A stretch of 64,000 bases of DNA, from IMG/VR virus record IMGVR_UViG_3300028533_000217, positions 34,307-98,306 of that record; one strand, given 5' to 3'. Shown in pieces: positions 58,777 to 64,000 of this stretch. This stretch comes from a virus. Lineage: Duplodnaviria; Caudoviricetes. A program made the translations under genes and the position numbers. Every line of letters begins with the position of its first letter. Positions within the stretch are counted from its first letter, which is position 1. Below the pieces are notes generated by a model, which saw only the letters and a list, made by a program, of their open reading frames with translations, made no database searches and was not told the DNA's origin.

Positions 58777-59094
58777 TTATAATAAATTAACTTTTTTCAT
58801 CTTATTGATTATTTCTATATAACATGTTTCCATATGGTCTATTTCTTTAAACTCATAATACATGTACTCTGGTAAGTTAAATAAATCCTGCCAGACAGCA
58901 TATGGAATCCATTGATTTGTTTTTATTAAAAAATCAAACCACAATACTAATTGATTTTTTTCTTTAAAAGTTTTTTCATCCAAGGTAAATACTCTCTGTG
59001 TACCTCTCTTTGTAAATACGTGAAATTTATATCCTTTAAATTCCTCATAAAAATCATAAAAAAATCTATCATCCATAATAATCACCCCTAACAA
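58777..59094 (-). CDS. Hypothetical protein
   Basis: ORF in operon. Confidence 0.55.
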   Translation of the reverse strand: MLGVIIMDDRFFYDFYEEFKGYKFHVFTKRGTQRVFTLDEKTFKEKNQLVLWFDFLIKTNQWIPYAVWQDLFNLPEYMYYEFKEIDHMETCYIEIINKMKKVNLL

Positions 59095-59240
59095 TATACT
59101 TTCATTACGTGTTCTTTACCACATTCACTACATTGTATAGTTATTTCATACCAACTATCATTACTTTCATCACTATAATTCACCACATCATGCACGGTTT
59201 CTCTTCCACATTCTTTACAATAAAAAATTACAACATCCAT
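59088..59240 (-). CDS. 50-aa Zn-ribbon protein (not in ORF track)
   Basis: MDVVIFYCKECG...QCSECGKEHVMKVYC; late-type promoter near 59267-59278. Confidence 0.6.
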   Translation of the reverse strand: MDVVIFYCKECGRETVHDVVNYSDESNDSWYEITIQCSECGKEHVMKVYC

Positions 59241-59316
59241 GTCCATTCACCCACTTTTTTATTTATTATAAAGATGTTGGATTATAGATAATAATTTATA
59301 ACCCAACATCTTTAAA

Positions 59317-59877
59317 TTAATTTATACCTTTTACTGTTGCTATATAATCTACGGTATCATATACGGGTTTTCCTTTTAATATAGTTATTAATAATAATGC
59401 ATCAGGATCCCCTTTAAATTCATAAGGATATTTATTAATTCTTAAATAATATTTAAGCTTTGTTAACCACGTTGTTTTAGTTGTTAATATATAAGAATCT
59501 AAAGTTTCTTGTAACAACATTGTCGCTGTTTTACCTGTATCTTTAGTTAATATAAATAAGCAATAGCACAATACCATTGCTCTATTTAATACACTTTCAT
59601 TACCTTTCTTTATACATTCATCACATAGATAACCTAAAATGTGTAACATGGCTTCATTAGATTCTATTAATTTAAATGTATGTGACAATACTTCGTCAAC
59701 GGTTGTTAAATTAAAATCAGCAATGATTCCTACAACTCGTTTAAATGTTTTATTGACTATAAGTTCGTTCTCTTTAAACCTCCATAAGTCACAAATATAG
59801 AATGTCTTAATATATTCATTAAGTTCTTCTCCTAATTCATTTATCATTCTCTCCAATATTCGTTGTTCTCTGAGCAT
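59317..59877 (-). CDS. Hypothetical protein
   Basis: RBS ggagg. Confidence 0.65.
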   Translation of the reverse strand: MLREQRILERMINELGEELNEYIKTFYICDLWRFKENELIVNKTFKRVVGIIADFNLTTVDEVLSHTFKLIESNEAMLHILGYLCDECIKKGNESVLNRAMVLCYCLFILTKDTGKTATMLLQETLDSYILTTKTTWLTKLKYYLRINKYPYEFKGDPDALLLITILKGKPVYDTVDYIATVKGIN

Positions 59878-59890
59878 ATTTATTACCTCC

Positions 59891-60538
59891 CTAATTGTTA
59901 AAATATTGTATCATACTATCAAAATCAATTTTTTCATAAAATTCTTTTATTAGTTCATTAACTATTTTTTCCGAAGGATTATCTCCTAGTTCCATTCTTT
60001 TTTCAAGATAATCATTCTTAGCATTTGCTAATTCAAATCCTTCATTTGTGATAATATTTACATTTCTATCTGGAACATAGATACCTCCAGAATTTATTTC
60101 ATAAGAATCCACTATACCGGAAGTTTCTAATGTATCATAATCAAATTGTGTTATTATGCTATTCTCTAACATATTATTATACGATCTTAAAATCTGATTA
60201 TCTTTTGACAAATCTGATACAGTTTCAATTAGTTTAGTCATAGGATCGTCAATTATTTCATTTTGTTGTGGTAGTTCATTCATAAATCTATTTATGTTCA
60301 TAATATCTATCATTGTATCAACATCGTTTTTATTTATTAAATGATCATTATTCATGTTATAATGATACACCATATTTTTCATATCGTTAGAATCATACTT
60401 ATATTGATTAATTCCATATTTTCTAGCAGCATGTCCTAACGTTGCTGTAGCTAAATATCTTAAAATATCTTTTGTAGTTTGTTTCCCTATTAAATTTTTA
60501 GCTCCGTTTAATAACATTTTTATTAAATCTAATTTCAT
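59891..60538 (-). CDS. Hypothetical protein
   Basis: RBS aaggagg; early-type motif TAATTATATATTATA at about 60600-60616 on the minus strand. Confidence 0.65.
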   Translation of the reverse strand: MKLDLIKMLLNGAKNLIGKQTTKDILRYLATATLGHAARKYGINQYKYDSNDMKNMVYHYNMNNDHLINKNDVDTMIDIMNINRFMNELPQQNEIIDDPMTKLIETVSDLSKDNQILRSYNNMLENSIITQFDYDTLETSGIVDSYEINSGGIYVPDRNVNIITNEGFELANAKNDYLEKRMELGDNPSEKIVNELIKEFYEKIDFDSMIQYFNN

Positions 60539-60618
60539 AATAATTACCTCCTTTTAAATTTTAATAAAAGTAAAAATATATTATATCTACATTATCGTAG
60601 ATATAATATATAATTAAT

Positions 60619-61317
60619 TTATTCTTCTTTTACATTTTCTGGAATTTCTAAAGCTAACCAGGCTTTTTCTAATATTTCTTCTCTACTCAACATTTCATAT
60701 TCTCCATTTTCATTTTTTACACAACAGTCTATGGGAATATAACCTTCCATTTCACACAATTTCATTAAATTATGATATGATTTAGTTAAATTTTCTAAAG
60801 ACTCATTCTCATCTGTTTCCCTACCACGGTTTAGAATATTATTATATGAAACTTCAGGTTTAACTAATAATACTAGAGTGATATCAGGTTCAGGTAACCC
60901 TAATAGCTTGAACTCTATATACTTCATCGTATTTATATAAGTTCTCAATTCTTTTTCATTCATATCATTACATCTATGAATAAAGTTACTAGACAAATAT
61001 CTATCAAATATCAATAATTTATCTTCGTTGTATTCATCTAATTTAGATTTACCATTTTCTCTTATTCTACCTAAAGACACCATTCTATCTATAGCATATA
61101 ACATTCCTTCTCTAATCTCTTTGTATTTATCATCATTAAATCGAAGTCCGTCATATAAGAACTTGTCTACAAGCTCACCAGAGAACTCTTCTTGATGTCT
61201 AGGAAAACTTATTATCTCTGATTCAATACCTATTGATTCAAATTTTTCTTTAAGTTTTTCAGATAAAGTTCGTTTGCCACTTCCATCTATACCTTCTATA
61301 GCTAACGAAATTCCCAT
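60619..61317 (-). CDS. tmk: Thymidylate kinase family dNMP kinase
   Basis: IEGIDGSGK P-loop, SFP, LYAIDR, FDRYLSS, LPEPD. Confidence 0.9.
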   Translation of the reverse strand: MGISLAIEGIDGSGKRTLSEKLKEKFESIGIESEIISFPRHQEEFSGELVDKFLYDGLRFNDDKYKEIREGMLYAIDRMVSLGRIRENGKSKLDEYNEDKLLIFDRYLSSNFIHRCNDMNEKELRTYINTMKYIEFKLLGLPEPDITLVLLVKPEVSYNNILNRGRETDENESLENLTKSYHNLMKLCEMEGYIPIDCCVKNENGEYEMLSREEILEKAWLALEIPENVKEE

Positions 61318-61320
61318 ATA

Positions 61321-61545
61321 TTATTCCCCCTTACATGATAATTCTATTTTATAACTAGCATTTCCTGATTGGACTACAAATAAAGCATGATTGTCAGTTA
61401 TTTTCATTATCATGTCATCATTATCAAAATCAGGTTTGACAAGCATCTCAATAACACATTCTTTAAATTCTTTTAATGCCACTGAATATTCATCATAATA
61501 TAAATCTGCAGATAATTCGTTAACGCTTATGTTTAGAACATACAT
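61321..61545 (-). CDS. Hypothetical protein
   Basis: RBS aaggagg. Confidence 0.55.
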   Translation of the reverse strand: MYVLNISVNELSADLYYDEYSVALKEFKECVIEMLVKPDFDNDDMIMKITDNHALFVVQSGNASYKIELSCKGE

Positions 61546-61699
61546 CTTCAGACCCTCCTTTTAAAAGATAATTACATAAAATAAGGGTTGCACCAAACGA
61601 CAACCCTATTAACATTATAACTGTTGCTATGAACACGCTATAATATGAAATTATATATCCAATTATAATTGTTACAAAACATATCAACCGTCCTATCAT
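61520..61699 (-). CDS. 59-aa two-TM membrane protein (not in ORF track)
   Basis: MIGRLICFVTIIIGYIISYYSVFIATVIMLIGLSFGATLILCNYLLKGGSEDVCSKHKR. Confidence 0.5.
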   Translation of the reverse strand: MIGRLICFVTIIIGYIISYYSVFIATVIMLIGLSFGATLILCNYLLKGGSEDVCSKHKR

Positions 61700-61716
61700 T
61701 TTATTTATATTTCACC

Positions 61717-62463
61717 TTATTTCTTAATACTGATTTTTGTACTATCAACAAACTGTATTTCATATTTTAAATTGTTTAGGTTTATTGTATCTACTAATTC
61801 CTTTAATGCTTTGTTTGCTTTAGTTTGTAAATCCGTAGGATTATATTTATTCGCTTCAATTTTAGAATTTCTTAACAATTGTCTTATAGCTCCTTCTTTC
61901 AATGCTTCATTCTCATTAAGCCAAGGGAACACATCCATTATTTTATTACCTAAAGACTCATATCTTTCTATTTCTTTTATATCTCCTATAAGTTCAACAG
62001 ATTCTACACCTACCGCATCTTTAGGAACTTTTAATGTTACAATTTCTTTATCGAAATTGTAATCTAATTTTATTCTTGTAACATCTATTGAATATTTTAT
62101 TTTAAAGTTTCCTTGTACTACTACATAATTTTTTCCACTTTCCCCATATGTTTCATTTATTCTCATATTTTCTTCACCAAACACTAGAGCACTTACATCA
62201 TATATTCCTGATTTAAGTTGCTCTATATGTTCTAGGAAAAGATTTGTTTTTCCGTTCTGTTCATCTTTTACTTCAACTACTTTTGCAGGTTTATTATTTA
62301 TTTCAGGTTCTTTATTAAATCTATAAATTATTATAACTCCCCCTGCAAATGCTATCACAGATAAAATCACCGCTCCTAATTTTATTAATTTCTTTTTATT
62401 TCTTTCTATAAATGCTTGAGATTTATCTTTTATAACTTGCACGAACACTTTATAATCTTTCAT
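61717..62463 (-). CDS. DUF4230-like single-TM protein
   Basis: TM helix; G.FKIKYSIDVTRI...VTLKVP pattern. Confidence 0.55.
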   Translation of the reverse strand: MKDYKVFVQVIKDKSQAFIERNKKKLIKLGAVILSVIAFAGGVIIIYRFNKEPEINNKPAKVVEVKDEQNGKTNLFLEHIEQLKSGIYDVSALVFGEENMRINETYGESGKNYVVVQGNFKIKYSIDVTRIKLDYNFDKEIVTLKVPKDAVGVESVELIGDIKEIERYESLGNKIMDVFPWLNENEALKEGAIRQLLRNSKIEANKYNPTDLQTKANKALKELVDTINLNNLKYEIQFVDSTKISIKK

Positions 62464-62501
62464 AATTAATTACCTCCTAAGAATTTAATTTTTATATTTC
62501 A

Positions 62502-63413
62502 TTAATCCACAAATCTTAATGTCACACCATCTTCTTTATAATCACCTGTAACATTATTTTTCATTGTAATAACATCATCTGTAAATCTTAATTTTATTTC
62601 TTCCGTTTGATTAGTTTGTATTATCTTCATTGTTGATTGCTCAATGGAATTCAATTGATCGTATATTGATTTAGCTATTCTACTTGATACGTAATCATTA
62701 TACTCATCACTACAGATTTTTATTATTTCGGCTTTGTTGAAATATCCAAATTCTCCTAAAATACTTATTCGGCTTTCTTTTGCTACTTTATTTAGTTCTC
62801 CTATATAACCATCATTTGCTCTATTTTCTCTTTGAGGTATCATTCCATTATCTTTTATAGATTCTGATAATTTTTTAGCGGCTTCTGCTGAAGTCTTATC
62901 TCCTTGGTTATACATAAAGAAATATCCTATAGAATCATCATTGTATGAATTATGATGGACTGAAAGATATATTTTTGGTTCACATTGTGAAGCTATTCTA
63001 CCTGCTGCATTTAAGTCTTTAGTTTTATCTGTTGCATATTGTAAATTAACATCTACACCATAATCATTTGCTAACTTTTTAGCTATAGCTCTAGCCAATT
63101 TTAAATTAATATCGTATTCTGATATAAACCATGAGCCATTTTCACTTCTTAAAGGTATATCAGATGGGATTTCTTTTATAGAAATCCCATGTTTAGATAT
63201 GTTTATATTTCCTCCCCAGTCATATCGTTTACCTGGTTTTACTTGTGTTTTGTTTCCCCATTCACCTGCTCTGATTACTACATCTACTTTTCTTATCTCA
63301 TTTTCACTATAATCTGCATATGAATATTTACCTTTTGTTAATATCATTGCTGTTGTTAATATCACTGTTGTCACTGTTTTTCCATTTCTTATAGTTTTTC
63401 TCAATAAGAACAC
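62502..63413 (-). CDS. N-acetylmuramoyl-L-alanine amidase (Amidase_3 family)
   Basis: EYDINLKLA, YLSVHHNS, ILGEFGY; first motif reads RAGEWG; N-terminal signal-like segment. Confidence 0.75.
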   Translation of the reverse strand: MFLLRKTIRNGKTVTTVILTTAMILTKGKYSYADYSENEIRKVDVVIRAGEWGNKTQVKPGKRYDWGGNINISKHGISIKEIPSDIPLRSENGSWFISEYDINLKLARAIAKKLANDYGVDVNLQYATDKTKDLNAAGRIASQCEPKIYLSVHHNSYNDDSIGYFFMYNQGDKTSAEAAKKLSESIKDNGMIPQRENRANDGYIGELNKVAKESRISILGEFGYFNKAEIIKICSDEYNDYVSSRIAKSIYDQLNSIEQSTMKIIQTNQTEEIKLRFTDDVITMKNNVTGDYKEDGVTLRFVD

Positions 63414-63466
63414 CCCTTAATAATTATTTTTTATTTAGAATTTGTAGTTGAATTTTTTATCTAAAG

Positions 63467-63955
63467 TTATTTTATAAATATTATCGGCAGTCCTGTGTTT
63501 TCTCTTTCTATTTGATAACTCATTCTTAAAGCATCAACATCTAAGTTTGTAAATAAATTGTTTGAATTATACTTAGCTAATATATTATAAACATCATCCA
63601 TAAAATCTTCAAAATATTCTATTTCTTCTATTATAGATTTATTAAATATACTAGTTAACGACTTTAATTGCTCCAATTCTTCTTTTATATATCTTACTCC
63701 TTTTATTTCCTCTTGACATCCACTTCTTATTAATTTAATTTCCCCTAATGTTAAATATACATCAGTCCCTTCTACATTATATACTTCATAATCTTCATAA
63801 AGATAACTATATCTGTCTGTTGTAGAATATTCTTCATAAATTACATTTTCTTCTAATATTGTAGAAGATTGATTTATATATTTGGAACATACAAACATAT
63901 CACCCCAACATATAACTTGATCGTTCTTGTCTAAACATATTATAAAATCATTCAT
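63467..63955 (-). CDS. Hypothetical acidic early protein
   Basis: RBS aggagg; early promoter core ATATATTATATAATTGA at 63984-64000 on the minus strand. Confidence 0.65.
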   Translation of the reverse strand: MNDFIICLDKNDQVICWGDMFVCSKYINQSSTILEENVIYEEYSTTDRYSYLYEDYEVYNVEGTDVYLTLGEIKLIRSGCQEEIKGVRYIKEELEQLKSLTSIFNKSIIEEIEYFEDFMDDVYNILAKYNSNNLFTNLDVDALRMSYQIERENTGLPIIFIK

Positions 63956-64000
63956 ATCAATTACCTCCTAATATTATTTTTATTCAATTATATAATATAT

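Noticed and set aside
1-64000. Stop-codon reassignment, tRNA genes, phage-nucleus shell or tubulin genes
   Set aside because: Genes are full length under code 11 with TAA, TAG and TGA all used as stops; no tRNA cloverleaf or recognisable ChmA/PhuZ seen in this window

Overview
A 64-kb segment of a very AT-rich lytic jumbo myophage of the phiKZ/AR9(PBS1) type, probably infecting a low-GC Firmicute such as a Clostridium relative (strong GGAGG RBSs, class B sortase). It encodes split multisubunit RNA polymerase subunits (non-virion and virion sets), a RecA/UvsX-like recombinase, NAD-dependent ligase, SbcC, the N-terminal half of a split family-B DNA polymerase, an FtsH-like protease, IF-1, and a head/tail module (terminase, portal, capsid, prohead protease, sheath, tube). 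Three closely related ORF-less group I introns interrupt an RNAP subunit, the recombinase and the terminase; the terminase intron appears to end in A instead of the canonical omega-G. Two phage promoter classes can be read directly from the sequence: an early TGTAA..TTTCAATTATATATTAT motif and an AR9-like late AACA-N6-TA motif. They point to several non-coding transcription units that match no family I recognise: a tandem ~140-nt structured RNA, a ~500-nt multiply pseudoknotted region, and a 29-nt-register hairpin array arranged promoter-repeats-terminator-ORF like a type III toxin-antitoxin locus. Other notable items are a sortase plus sorting-signal substrate pair, a four-gene GNAT array, an ART-like early gene, and a catalytically degenerate tandem ThyX-like protein near a Tmk, which together with the late promoter hint at uracil-substituted DNA. 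All calls come from motif recognition by eye; no searches were run.
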